64,000 nt of DNA from Candidatus Magasanikiibacteriota bacterium (lineage in GTDB: Bacteria; Patescibacteriota; Patescibacteriia; Magasanikbacterales; GWA2-37-8), in assembly GCA_016189025.1 (NCBI GenBank), contig JACPGS010000019.1, positions 16,272 to 80,271 of the forward strand, given 5' to 3'. Positions within the stretch are counted from its first letter, which is position 1. Each line of letters opens with the position of its first letter. Position numbers and translations under genes: made by a program. The notes under the pieces were generated by a model. That model was not told where the DNA came from, made no database searches, and worked only from the letters and a program-made list of their open reading frames with translations. Shown here piece after piece: positions 1 through 9,772 of the stretch.

Positions 1-1091
1 ATGACGCCGCGGTCCATCTGCAGAAACTTACCAGCAAATTCCGCGGGGCGGAGCGCATCGCCACGGTGATGGGGCGCTTCTATGCCATGGATCGCAATAA
101 AAACTGGGACCGGATCCGGCTGGCTTACGAGGCCATGGTATTGGGGCGCGGCCGGCAGGCGCCAGGCGCGGAGGCCGCCGTTGCCGAAGCCTATAATTGC
201 GGCGAGTCCGACGAGTTTATTTCCCCCACGGTAATCCGCGTCGGCAATAATCCGGTGGCGACCATCCGCGATAACGATGCCATTTTTTTCTTTAACTTGC
301 GCAGCGACCGCGCCCGCGAGCTGACCAAGGTGTTTGTCCAGCCGGATTTTGAAGCCATTACTCCGGGCGGCTTCCGGCGGGAGCAGTTCCCCCGCCACAC
401 GCGTTTTGTGGCAATGACTGATTTTGGTCCGGATTTGCCCGGGGTATTTACCGCTTTCCCCAGCCGCGATATTGCGCACGGTTTAGTGGCGGCGCTAGCC
501 ACCCGGCCCCAGCTTTATGTGGCCGAATCGGAAAAATTCGCCCACATCACTTACTTTTTTAACGGCGGCTATGCCCGGCATTTAGGCGGCGAACAATGGA
601 TGAAAATCGCTTCCGACGGGACCAAACATTGGCAAACCGCGCCGGCCATGAAAGCGCATCCGGTGGCCGAAGCAGTGCTAAAGGCAATCCGCGAAGGAAA
701 AACCGATTTTATTGCAGTTAATTTTGCCAATGCCGATATGCTGGGGCACACCGGGAATTTAGCCGCAGCCCGCCAGGCGATTAGCATTTTGGATCGCGAA
801 CTAAATCGTTTAGTGAAGGCGGTGCTTAAAGTTGACGGCCGGGCGATGATTACCGCCGACCACGGCAATGCCGAAGAGTTAATCAATGGTGAAACCAAAG
901 AAGTAGATACGGAACACTCCGCCAATCCGGTCCCCTGTTTATTGGTGGCCTCGGCCGCCCGGCTGCGCCGCTGGCAACTAAAAGGCGGGCAAAAACTGCG
1001 GCCGGGGAAACTCGCCGACGTGGCGCCGACTATTTTGAAAATGATGTCGGTCCCCCGGCCCCGGGCAATGGCCGGCCGCCCCTTATTTTAG
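1..1091 (+). CDS. gpmI: 2,3-bisphosphoglycerate-independent phosphoglycerate mutase, copy 1 (5' end outside window)
   Basis: Frame open from base 3; motifs GRFYAMDR, FFFNLRSDRARELT, AESEKFAHITYFFNGG, NFANADMLGHTG, TADHGNAE, TEHSANPVP. Confidence 0.93.
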   Translation, partial: DAAVHLQKLTSKFRGAERIATVMGRFYAMDRNKNWDRIRLAYEAMVLGRGRQAPGAEAAVAEAYNCGESDEFISPTVIRVGNNPVATIRDNDAIFFFNLRSDRARELTKVFVQPDFEAITPGGFRREQFPRHTRFVAMTDFGPDLPGVFTAFPSRDIAHGLVAALATRPQLYVAESEKFAHITYFFNGGYARHLGGEQWMKIASDGTKHWQTAPAMKAHPVAEAVLKAIREGKTDFIAVNFANADMLGHTGNLAAARQAISILDRELNRLVKAVLKVDGRAMITADHGNAEELINGETKEVDTEHSANPVPCLLVASAARLRRWQLKGGQKLRPGKLADVAPTILKMMSVPRPRAMAGRPLF

Positions 1092-1094
1092 CAG

Positions 1095-1182
1095 AGTAAG
1101 CAGATTCAGTTTATCAGCAGATTCAGTAGCCAGCAATCGATCAGTCGCTGAATCTGCTGATTGCTGATTAGCTGAATCTGCT
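1095..1182. repeat. Intergenic array of CAGCAGATTCAG units followed by their inverse CTGAATCTGCTG (hairpin-forming)
   Basis: agcagattcagtttatcagcagattcag ... gctgaatctgctgattgctgattagctgaatctgct; the same unit recurs inside argS at 14985-15017. Confidence 0.7.
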
Positions 1183-1191
1183 TTATCTACT

Positions 1192-2772
1192 ATGGCTTAT
1201 CGTCCAGTAGTCCTTATTATCTTTGACGGCTGGGGCGTGGCGCCGCCGAATCCGGGGAACGCCATCACCCAGGCGGTACTCCCTCATTTTACCGAATATC
1301 TTAAACATTATCCCGCCCTCACCCTGCACGCTTCCGGCACCGAGGTCGGGCTGTTGTTCGGCGAAATCGGCAACTCCGAAGTGGGACACTTGAATATCGG
1401 CACCGGCCGGGTGTATTACCAATCCGGCCCGCGGATTAATCAGGCCATCAGCGACGGGAGTTTTTATGAAAACCGCGCGCTGCAGGGGGCCATCACCCAC
1501 GTCAAAAAAAATAATTCGCGCCTGCATCTCTTAGGTTTGCTGTCGTCCGGCAATGTGCACGCCAGCCGAGAGCATCTCGCTGCCCTGCTGGAGCTTGCCC
1601 AGCGCGCCAAATTATCGCGCGAGAGCTTGGCCGTGCACGTTATTTTAGACGGCCGGGACTGTCCGTATAACAGCGGCGAGCGGCTGGTCCGCGAACTGGA
1701 AGAAACCATGAAGAAGCTGGGGGTCGGGAGAATTGCCAGCCTGACCGGCCGCTGGTTTGCGCTGGATCGCGATAACCGGTGGGAGCGGATTGAGGCGGCT
1801 TACCGCGCCATCGTGGAGGGTAAAGGAGAGAGAGCAGCCGACAGTGCCGCCGCGGCCATCGCCAGCGCTTACGGAGAAAAAATTTATGACGAAGAATTCC
1901 CCCCCACCGTAATTACCAAAGGGGGCGAGCCGCTGGCGCCGATTCGCCCCGGCGACGCCGTGATTTTTTTTAATTTTCGCCCCGACCGCGCCCGCGAGCT
2001 GACCAAGGCCATAGTGCTGCCCGGCTTTGATAAATTTTCCCGGCGATACCTTAGCAATCTCTATTTTGTTACCCTGCTGGAGTATGAGCGCGATTTGCCG
2101 GTGGCGGTAGCCTTTGCGCCGGTTGTTATCCGCCAGTGTTTAGCCGAAGTAGTAAGCGCCGCGGGCCTTAAGCAATTTCACATTGGCGAAACCGAGAAAT
2201 ACGCCCACGTTACCTATTTTTTGAACGGTATGATTGAGGACCCCTTCCCGGGCGAAGAGCGGGCGCTGGTGCCATCGCCGCGGGTCGCCAATTATGCCGC
2301 CACGCCGGAGATGTCGGCCGCCGGCATTGCCCGCGAGGTGATTAAGCGCCTGGGCAAAAACCAGCACGATCTGATTATAGTGAATTTTGCCAATGCCGAT
2401 ATGGTGGGGCACACCGGCGATCTCGCCGCCACCGTCAAATCCGTGGCGGCGGCCGACCGCGCTTTGGGCGACCTGGTGGACCATACTCTGGCGCAGGGCG
2501 GGGTGGCGGTGATTACCGCCGATCACGGCAATGCCGAGGAAGTAATCAATCTGCAGACCGGCGAAATTGACAAAGAACACTCCACCAATCCGGTCCCCTT
2601 TATTGTCGTCGGTAAGGATTTCCAGGGGATTGCTGGCCCGGCCGGCGACCCGCCAGAAGGGGATTTAAGCCTCTTGCCGCCAGCCGGGGTACTGGCGGAC
2701 GTGGCGCCCACCGTGCTAAAACTGTTGGGTTTGCCGCAGCCGGAAGAAATGACCGGGCGGGCGTTGATTTAG
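1192..2772 (+). CDS. gpmI: 2,3-bisphosphoglycerate-independent phosphoglycerate mutase, copy 2
   Basis: VLIIFDGWG, GNSEVGHLNIG (catalytic Ser), DGRD, NFRPDRA, GETEKYAHVTYF, ADMVGHTG, TADHGNAE. Confidence 0.96.
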   Translation: MAYRPVVLIIFDGWGVAPPNPGNAITQAVLPHFTEYLKHYPALTLHASGTEVGLLFGEIGNSEVGHLNIGTGRVYYQSGPRINQAISDGSFYENRALQGAITHVKKNNSRLHLLGLLSSGNVHASREHLAALLELAQRAKLSRESLAVHVILDGRDCPYNSGERLVRELEETMKKLGVGRIASLTGRWFALDRDNRWERIEAAYRAIVEGKGERAADSAAAAIASAYGEKIYDEEFPPTVITKGGEPLAPIRPGDAVIFFNFRPDRARELTKAIVLPGFDKFSRRYLSNLYFVTLLEYERDLPVAVAFAPVVIRQCLAEVVSAAGLKQFHIGETEKYAHVTYFLNGMIEDPFPGEERALVPSPRVANYAATPEMSAAGIAREVIKRLGKNQHDLIIVNFANADMVGHTGDLAATVKSVAAADRALGDLVDHTLAQGGVAVITADHGNAEEVINLQTGEIDKEHSTNPVPFIVVGKDFQGIAGPAGDPPEGDLSLLPPAGVLADVAPTVLKLLGLPQPEEMTGRALI

Positions 2773-3923
2773 CTGTTCGTCGCGAGCGCTTCTTTAATTA
2801 TTTTTAAAACAGTTTCTTCTGCTTGGGATAACGTTTTCCCCGGGAGCGTCACCGACGCTTGTTTTTTTGTGCCCGTCGGCTGCAGGGGGGAGAGTAAAAC
2901 CGCGGCGTTATCGTGGTCGTTATTTACGGTAAAAATTCCCTGTACTGCTTCTGCCTTAGCTCCGGGCACTTCGTATAGCAACAGGGTGCGTTTGGCTTCC
3001 GGGGCGCCGGCAATCAGCTCCTCCACCATTCCTCCCAAATCTTCGGGAGTGGCGCCGGCGCGGGTAAAGTCATCGCGGGTGAGAGTAGTAACTATCAGCC
3101 CTAGGTTGGGGTGGCTGGTGAGGTGAGCGAGGGCTTGTCCCCATAGCTTCAGCGCCGCTACCGAACGGGTGCGATAGAGTTCGCGGATTACCCGTTCCCG
3201 ATCGGCGCCGTGTTCCACCAATTCTCCGGCCAGCTGCAGCGCCGCGGGTTTTAAGCGGGGATGGCGGAAGCCGTCGGTAGCAATAGTAAGGCCGGTAAGC
3301 AGTGCCGTGGCAATATCCGAGGTAATCGCCGTCGCCTCAATATTTAACAGCAGACGGTAGACCACTTCGGATAATGACGCGGCCGCCGGATTCACCAGCG
3401 CTATCGCGCCAAAACGTTCGTTGGCGGCGGCATTATCCAGATTAATCAGCGGTAGGCGGTGGAACAAGTCGGTATTGTTCAGATAGATGTCGCCGAGCGC
3501 CGCCAGGTCCGGCGCCCCCACGGTAACAATCAAATCGTATTTAAAAGCGCTTTGCGCCGTGCGCAGCTCGCGGCGGGTGATATTGCCCTGTTTGGGAGTG
3601 AGATAGATGGACAGCCAGCCGTCCTTAACGTCGTAGCTTAAAGTTTCCACCGGCGCCTGGGAAACGTCCACTTTGATAATGAATTTTTGTAAGTGCGTCA
3701 GCTCCGGCTTAATGGCGTTGGCGCCCGGCAGCCAGGCGAGCGTCCGCGGCAGCTGCCAGCCGCTGGCGGCAATTTCCGGCCGCTGGCCGGCGGACTTCAG
3801 GTAGCCGTAAAGCGCCAGGGCGCTGCCCGCCGCATCCCCGCCGGCGCGCGCCTCAAACAGCACCAGGGGGTAGCGGCTTTCCTGCACCAGTTGTTTAATT
3901 TGTTCAATGTCATTTAATGCCAT
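2769..3923 (-). CDS. DHH/DHHA1-family (NrnA-like) protein with degenerate catalytic motifs
   Basis: GDAAGSALAL, LINLDNAAANERFG (in place of IDHH), AASLSEVV, IATALLTGL..ATDGFR; start taken at the ATG at 3923 (MALNDIEQ). Confidence 0.75.
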   Translation of the reverse strand: MALNDIEQIKQLVQESRYPLVLFEARAGGDAAGSALALYGYLKSAGQRPEIAASGWQLPRTLAWLPGANAIKPELTHLQKFIIKVDVSQAPVETLSYDVKDGWLSIYLTPKQGNITRRELRTAQSAFKYDLIVTVGAPDLAALGDIYLNNTDLFHRLPLINLDNAAANERFGAIALVNPAAASLSEVVYRLLLNIEATAITSDIATALLTGLTIATDGFRHPRLKPAALQLAGELVEHGADRERVIRELYRTRSVAALKLWGQALAHLTSHPNLGLIVTTLTRDDFTRAGATPEDLGGMVEELIAGAPEAKRTLLLYEVPGAKAEAVQGIFTVNNDHDNAAVLLSPLQPTGTKKQASVTLPGKTLSQAEETVLKIIKEALATNS

Positions 3924-3978
3924 AATAGCTAGGGCCCGGGCGATGCTGGGCAGTAATCGGGGAAGCAAAAAGCCAATT

Positions 3979-4007
3979 AGTGTACCAAGGCCAGTACCTA
4001 TTGTCAA
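3979..4007 (-). promoter_or_regulatory. Sigma70-like promoter for the DHH gene
   Basis: Minus strand TTGACA-N17-TACACT; DnaA-box-like TGTGGATAA at 4027-4035 just upstream. Confidence 0.6.
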
Positions 4008-4119
4008 GGATTTTTTAGGCCAGTAGTGTGGATAAACAATATGCTCGCTACAGCCAAAATCTTGCTAATTTCGCGACTTTCCGGTAGACTATGGGGTATC
4101 ATCAGGATGTTGTTGTTTT

Positions 4120-6411
4120 ATGATGGAAAAAGCCTACGACCCTAAAAAATACGAGGCGGACATTTACCGGCGCTGGGAGGCGAGCGGGTTTTTCGCGCCC
4201 GAGGCGCGTCCGCCTTGGGCGGATAATCCAGGGCCAGACACTCGTGAGCCGTACACTATTATCATGCCGCCGCCGAACGCCAATGCCCCTTCGCATGTGG
4301 GACATGCGCTGGGTTATACTATTCAGGATATTTTAATCCGCTGGCAGCGGATGCGCGGCCGGCGCACCCTGTGGCTGCCGGGCACCGACCACGCCGGGTT
4401 TGAAACCCAGGTGGTATTTGAAAAAAAGCTGGAGAAAGAAGGGCTTAGCCGTTTTAAAATGACGCGGGAAGAATTTTACCAGGCTTGCTGGGATTACGTG
4501 CAGACCAACAAACATATTTCCGAAGAGGCGATCAGGCGCCTCGGCGCTTCCTGCGACTGGAGCCGCAATATCTTTACCCTGGATCCGGAAATTATTAAGG
4601 TAGTGTACCAGACCTTCAAGCAGATGTATGATGACGGGCTGATTTATCGCGGCAACCGCATCAGCCACTGGTGCCCCAAACATCAGACCACTCTGTCCGA
4701 TTTGGAAACTAAATACGAAGAGCGCGCCGAGCCTTTTTATTATTTTAAATACGGCCCGTTTGTCATCGGCACCAGCCGCCCGGAAACCAAGTTTGGCGAT
4801 AAATACGTGGTAATGCACCCGGACGATCCGCGCTATGCTAAGTATCACGAGGGACAGCAGATAAATTTGGAATGGATCAACGGGCCGATTACGGCAACCA
4901 TCATTAAGGACCAGGCGGTGGACCGGGAATTTGGCACCGGGGTGATGACCATTACCCCGGCCCACGATGCGGTGGACTTTGCGATTGCGGAACGCCGCGG
5001 GCTTGATATTGAGCCGGTGATTGATAAGCGCGGCAAGCTGTTGCCGATCGCCGGCGAGTTCGCCGGCCGGAAGATTTTAGAGGCCCGATCGAAGATTGTG
5101 GAGAAGCTGCAGGCTAAAGGACTGGTGGATCATATTGACAAAAAATACCAACATAATGTTCAAATGTGTTATAAATGCAGCACCCTAATTGAGCCGCAGA
5201 TTGTGCCGCAGTGGTATGTAGCCATGACTAAACCATTGCCGGGCGGCCGGCCTAGCCTGCGCGATCTGGCTTTACAGGCGCTAGATAAAAAAGAAGTAGA
5301 GATTGTTACCGAACGGTTTGCCAAAATTTTCCGCCACTGGATGGAGAATATCCGCGACTGGCCGATCAGCCGGCAGATTTGGTGGGGGATTCCGATTCCC
5401 GTGAAATATTGCGGTGATTGCGGAGAGATAATTATTGATGTCATCGGTTCAGTGAAAAAGTGTCCGCAGTGTTCGCGCGAACAGCTGACCCCCGATCCCG
5501 ATACCTTTGACACCTGGTTTTCCTCGGGCCAGTGGCCGTATGCCACCTTGCTTGCTAACGATGCCAAGCAGGGCACGCAGACGTTGGCGCAGTATTACCC
5601 CACGCAGGTGATGGAGACCGCCTGGGATATTCTGTTTTTTTGGGTGGCGCGGATGATAATGTTCTCTTATTACCGCACCGGCAAGCCGCCGTTCCAAAAA
5701 GTATTTTTGCATGGTTTAGTGCGCGACAAAGACCGCCAAAAAATGAGCAAAAGCAAGGGCAATGTGATTGACCCTTTGGGAGTGATTGATTTATACGGCG
5801 CCGATGCCCTGCGTTTTGCCCTGATTTTTTCCACCGCCGCGGGCAACGACATTCCGCTCGCCGAAGATAAAATTAAAGGCATGAAGCATTTTGCCAATAA
5901 AGTGTGGAACATTGCGCGGTATATTACTGGCATTGGCGATGGTCATGTCATTCCCGCCCCCGTGTCATTCCCGCGTAAGCGGGAATCCACGGGGGTAAAC
6001 TCCAGCGGGAATCCAGTGCCGGCGAGCGACTGGATCCCCGCGTTCGGCGGGGATGACAAATGGACAGACGCCGACAAACTAATTCTCTCCCAACTCAACC
6101 AAACCATTACAGACGTCACAGACAACCTAGAAAATTTCCGCCTGCACGAAGCGGCGCAGACGCTTTACGATTTTATCTGGCATGAGTTTGCCGATAAATA
6201 TCTGGAAGCCAGCAAAGAACAGCTGAAAAACGAAGCGCTCAAAAACTCCACCCTTAATAATTTATACTTTGTCCTTGCTACCTCGCTCAAACTCCTCCAC
6301 CCGTTTATGCCTTTTGTTACCGAAGCGATTTGGGGTGAGATGTATGGGAAAGAAAGGTTACTTATAGTTGAGAAATGGTCTTCTTCAACGGACGAGTCCG
6401 AAGTGGTATAA
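4120..6411 (+). CDS. valS: Valine--tRNA ligase (short form lacking the C-terminal coiled coil)
   Basis: PPPNAN..SHVGHA (HIGH-like), GTDHAG, DWPISRQIWWG, DTFDTWFSS, KMSKS, LHPFMPFVTE. Confidence 0.97.
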   Translation: MMEKAYDPKKYEADIYRRWEASGFFAPEARPPWADNPGPDTREPYTIIMPPPNANAPSHVGHALGYTIQDILIRWQRMRGRRTLWLPGTDHAGFETQVVFEKKLEKEGLSRFKMTREEFYQACWDYVQTNKHISEEAIRRLGASCDWSRNIFTLDPEIIKVVYQTFKQMYDDGLIYRGNRISHWCPKHQTTLSDLETKYEERAEPFYYFKYGPFVIGTSRPETKFGDKYVVMHPDDPRYAKYHEGQQINLEWINGPITATIIKDQAVDREFGTGVMTITPAHDAVDFAIAERRGLDIEPVIDKRGKLLPIAGEFAGRKILEARSKIVEKLQAKGLVDHIDKKYQHNVQMCYKCSTLIEPQIVPQWYVAMTKPLPGGRPSLRDLALQALDKKEVEIVTERFAKIFRHWMENIRDWPISRQIWWGIPIPVKYCGDCGEIIIDVIGSVKKCPQCSREQLTPDPDTFDTWFSSGQWPYATLLANDAKQGTQTLAQYYPTQVMETAWDILFFWVARMIMFSYYRTGKPPFQKVFLHGLVRDKDRQKMSKSKGNVIDPLGVIDLYGADALRFALIFSTAAGNDIPLAEDKIKGMKHFANKVWNIARYITGIGDGHVIPAPVSFPRKRESTGVNSSGNPVPASDWIPAFGGDDKWTDADKLILSQLNQTITDVTDNLENFRLHEAAQTLYDFIWHEFADKYLEASKEQLKNEALKNSTLNNLYFVLATSLKLLHPFMPFVTEAIWGEMYGKERLLIVEKWSSSTDESEVV
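5946..6058. repeat. REP/RPE-like palindromic element inserted in frame within valS
   Basis: tgtcattcccgc...gcgggaatccagt...actggatcccc...ggggatgaca with a nested second copy; related intergenic copy at 29724-29792. Confidence 0.85.
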
Positions 6412-6421
6412 TTAATGCATT

Positions 6422-7621
6422 ATGAAAGTTTCCCCTGACGCTAAAAAAATTGAGGAATTGCTTACCCGCGGAGTTGAGCATGTGTATCCAGCTAAAGAAT
6501 TTTTAGAGAAAGAACTGAAATCCGGCCGCCAGTTGACACTGTATACCGGTTATGACCCCACTGCGCCGACGTTGCATATCGGCCATGGAATCACCTTGCT
6601 TAAGCTAAAACAGTTTCAGGAATTGGGGCATAAGGTGATTATGCTTATTGGTGATTTCACCGCGATGATTGGCGATCCGACGGACAAAACGGCGGCGCGC
6701 CAGCAACTGAACCGTGAACAAGCTTTGAAAAATTCTCGATTATACCGCAAACAAGCGGGAGCAATTTTAGATTTTAGTGGTCAAGTGGGCGGTGAAATTG
6801 TAAAGTACAATAGCGAATGGCTTGATAAGCTGTCATTGCGCGAATTTGTACAAAATATTGCGCCGCATTTCACTACCCAGCAGTTGATGGCACGAGATAT
6901 GTTTGAATTGCGCTTAAAGGAGGATAAGCCAATTTTTATTCACGAATTCATATATCCGTTGTTGCAGGCGTTCGACAGCGTGGCGATGGATGTTGATGGA
7001 GAGGTCGGCGGCAATGACCAGACGTTTAATATGCTCGTGGGACGCGATCTGATGAAAGATTTAAAACAACAGGAGAAGTTTGTGGTAAGCATGAAACTTC
7101 TTACCGATCCCAGCGGTCAAAAAATGGGCAAGACCGAAGGTAACATGGTGGCGTTTTCCGACACGCCCGAAGATATGTTTGGCAAGGTAATGCGCTGGAC
7201 CGACGAAATGATCGCGCTGAGCTTTGAATTATGCACGCGAGTGTCAATGGCGGAGATCAGTCAGATAAAAAAAGCAATGGCGCAGGGTGCTAATCCGCGC
7301 GACTTCAAATTGCGCCTGGCTTACGAGATTACCAAAACATTTTTAGGCGAGTCCGCGGCTAAAAGCGGCCAGGCATATTTTGCTAGCGTGATTCAAAAAG
7401 ATGAACTGCCGGCTGACATTCCCGCCGTCAAGCCGTCGGCCTATGATATTGTTACGGTCCTGGCCGAAAGCAAACTCGTTGCCAGTAAATCCGACGCCCG
7501 CCGAGCCGTTGAACAAGGCGGGGTAAAGTTAAACGATAAAAAAGTAGTTAACGAAAAACAAGCCGTAAAATCGGGCGACGTTATTCAAAAAGGCAAGCGG
7601 TGGTTTGTGCGGGTGAAGTAG
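6422..7621 (+). CDS. tyrS: Tyrosine--tRNA ligase
   Basis: GYDPTAPTLHIGH, IGDPT, YPLLQAFD, GGNDQTFN, KMGKT, C-terminal S4-like domain. Confidence 0.97.
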   Translation: MKVSPDAKKIEELLTRGVEHVYPAKEFLEKELKSGRQLTLYTGYDPTAPTLHIGHGITLLKLKQFQELGHKVIMLIGDFTAMIGDPTDKTAARQQLNREQALKNSRLYRKQAGAILDFSGQVGGEIVKYNSEWLDKLSLREFVQNIAPHFTTQQLMARDMFELRLKEDKPIFIHEFIYPLLQAFDSVAMDVDGEVGGNDQTFNMLVGRDLMKDLKQQEKFVVSMKLLTDPSGQKMGKTEGNMVAFSDTPEDMFGKVMRWTDEMIALSFELCTRVSMAEISQIKKAMAQGANPRDFKLRLAYEITKTFLGESAAKSGQAYFASVIQKDELPADIPAVKPSAYDIVTVLAESKLVASKSDARRAVEQGGVKLNDKKVVNEKQAVKSGDVIQKGKRWFVRVK

Positions 7622-7633
7622 AGCAGAAGGAAT

Positions 7634-8278
7634 ATGTTGGATGCCACTCGTTTAACCGAGCAGAATCGTCGGCTGTTTAATTGGTTGGCGCGCTGGTATG
7701 ATTTGGCGGTCCCCATCCAAATTTTTTTTCAGCCCGTGTACCGGCAAACGATTGAGGTTATCCGGCGTGAGGCTGGGTTGATTCTTCGTCGGGGCGGGCG
7801 GATAGTAGATGTGGCTTGCGGCACGGGAGAAGTAATCGTACGTCTGGCGCGGGAATTTCCGGCCGCGGAATTTATCGGTATTGATTTCGCTCCTGCCATG
7901 TTGCAAAAAGCGCGGGAGAAGGCCAGAGCGTTAACTCAAGCGCGATTTATTGAGGCGCCGGCTGCCGCCATCCCGCTGCCTGCCTCCAGCGCGGACGCGG
8001 TGCTATGTTCCGATGCTTTCCATCACTTGGCTGAACCCCAGGCGGTAATTGCCGAAATACATCGCGTCCTTAAACCAGGAGGGTTGTTTCTCTTGGTTGA
8101 CCCGGCTTTTAATAGCCGCCTGGCTCGTTGGTTGGGGAATTTGGTAAAAGGATTTGAGCACGCTTACCATTACTATTCTTTAACCGAACTCAAAACTTTG
8201 CTTACGGCGCCGGGTTTTACTATCACTGCCGGATTCCGCTATCGCTGGAATAATTATGTCCTCGCCAAAAAATCATAA
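7634..8278 (+). CDS. Class I SAM-dependent methyltransferase (UbiE-like)
   Basis: IVDVACGTG, GIDFAPAML, EIHRVLKPGG. Confidence 0.85.
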   Translation: MLDATRLTEQNRRLFNWLARWYDLAVPIQIFFQPVYRQTIEVIRREAGLILRRGGRIVDVACGTGEVIVRLAREFPAAEFIGIDFAPAMLQKAREKARALTQARFIEAPAAAIPLPASSADAVLCSDAFHHLAEPQAVIAEIHRVLKPGGLFLLVDPAFNSRLARWLGNLVKGFEHAYHYYSLTELKTLLTAPGFTITAGFRYRWNNYVLAKKS

Positions 8279-8669
8279 CTTAATTCCGGCGCGCGAATTG
8301 TCGATATCGTTCAGCCGCTCCTCGGGCGCCGGCGGACAGAACGTCAATAAGGTGGCGACCAAAGCCACGGTGCGTTGGTACTTAGGCGGCTCGGCGGTGT
8401 TTTCCGAGGAAGTAAAACAGCGTCTGCGGCAGAAGCTGGCAGGGCGCCTTACCCAAAACGACGAATTAGTAATATCTTCACAGAATGAGCGCTCGCAAGC
8501 CCAAAATCGCGCGCAAGCAATCCGGCGGCTGAATGATTTAGTACGTCGCGCTCTTTTCGTCCCCAAAACCCGTCGCCCTACCCGCCCCACCCGCGCTTCC
8601 CAAGAGCGGCGTTTGGCTGCCAAAAAACGCCGCTCGCTCCTCAAACAGCGGCGGCGCCCTGGCGAATAG
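8256..8669 (+). CDS. arfB: Alternative ribosome-rescue peptidyl-tRNA hydrolase ArfB
   Basis: SRSSGAGGQNVNKVAT (GGQ), RSQAQNR, basic C-terminal tail RRPTRPTRASQERRL. Confidence 0.92.
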   Translation: MSSPKNHNLIPARELSISFSRSSGAGGQNVNKVATKATVRWYLGGSAVFSEEVKQRLRQKLAGRLTQNDELVISSQNERSQAQNRAQAIRRLNDLVRRALFVPKTRRPTRPTRASQERRLAAKKRRSLLKQRRRPGE

Positions 8670-8673
8670 CACT

Positions 8674-9210
8674 ATGGGTGAAAAAGAAACCTCCCAATTT
8701 TTATTAGGCCACCTGACCGATTTGCCGTTTATTGATCTGCATCGGCGCGGCGATTTAATCGGCGCGCTGTTGCAGCTGCCACCCGACGAGGCGCTGCGGC
8801 ATATCCCCAGAATCAGGAATTTGATTGCCGGCGAGGATTATCTGTTTACTTCCGGAGAGAATAATTATCGCGTGTGGCGCAGTCGGGAGGGGAATTATGA
8901 TGCAGAGAAATCAGCCGTCCCGCCCCCGGAGCGGTTTGCGCAGGAAGTTACTGCCAACGGCGTGACTATCAAGCTGCAGTGGAACCCGCCAGCGCAAATT
9001 TATGAGTTAGTTTTCCCTAATATGGATTTAGAGGAAGCGCCGGCGGATATTTTAAATAACGTTTTGCTGATTCCGAGCGCCGACCGCCAGCTAGCACGCC
9101 ATATTTTTACGCGCGCCCGCTCGTTAGCTCAACAAGCGCAAGGGTCGGGCAAAGTGTATCAGGTGTATCGGGGGGTGATGCGGTTTATTCGTCAGTTGCT
9201 GGGAGAATAA
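8674..9210 (+). CDS. Hypothetical protein
   Basis: 178-aa ORF directly after arfB, co-oriented, no recognised motif. Confidence 0.6.
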   Translation: MGEKETSQFLLGHLTDLPFIDLHRRGDLIGALLQLPPDEALRHIPRIRNLIAGEDYLFTSGENNYRVWRSREGNYDAEKSAVPPPERFAQEVTANGVTIKLQWNPPAQIYELVFPNMDLEEAPADILNNVLLIPSADRQLARHIFTRARSLAQQAQGSGKVYQVYRGVMRFIRQLLGE

Positions 9211-9299
9211 ATCAGATGTCTGATGTCCAAACTTAGCCCCGGCCCGGCCATTGACCGGGAGCGAAAAGTGCTCTAAACTACCGAAGAAAGGAGTTGGCC

Positions 9300-9584
9300 A
9301 TGGAGAACGAAAGAACGCGTGCACTGCTGGAGTGGGTGCGCGCCAAGCTGGTGGAATGGGGCGTACCTCACGACGAGGTGAAGGCAACTTTCGAGCTGCC
9401 ACTCCACCTGGTGCTCGCTTTGATCGGAGCAGCCAGGGCGGAGCTCGGCGTAGAACCCTTCTTCGGCCCCTCGCTCCATCGCGGGCGCTCGCCGGTCTAC
9501 CGGCTCGGTGGCCTGGGCAGGGAGCTGCTCCGGGTGGTGGTGGCCAACCAGGAAGCCGCTCCGCTGCCCGCGCCGCCGTCGTAG
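9300..9584 (+). CDS. Small hypothetical protein (GC-rich)
   Basis: TTGACC-N17-TAAACT promoter at 9251-9279, AAGGAG RBS, ATG at 9300, downstream terminator. Confidence 0.55.
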   Translation: MENERTRALLEWVRAKLVEWGVPHDEVKATFELPLHLVLALIGAARAELGVEPFFGPSLHRGRSPVYRLGGLGRELLRVVVANQEAAPLPAPPS

Positions 9585-9674
9585 TACACTTGGGTCGCAG
9601 GTCTAACACCCGCCATCTCACCGCTCTTCGTGCGAAGCGTGGGACGCCAACAGAAAGGAGGTATCGCACGCAGC

Positions 9675-9714
9675 ACAAAACCCGCCTCGCCACTACGCTT
9701 GAGGCGGTTTTTGT
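9675..9714 (+). terminator. Intrinsic terminator
   Basis: acaaaacccgcctc / gaggcggtttttgt stem with T tract. Confidence 0.65.
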
Positions 9715-9772
9715 TTGGGGGAGAATGGACAAACCCGGCGGGGAGTGGTAGAGTAGGAGCAACTTTTGAATT

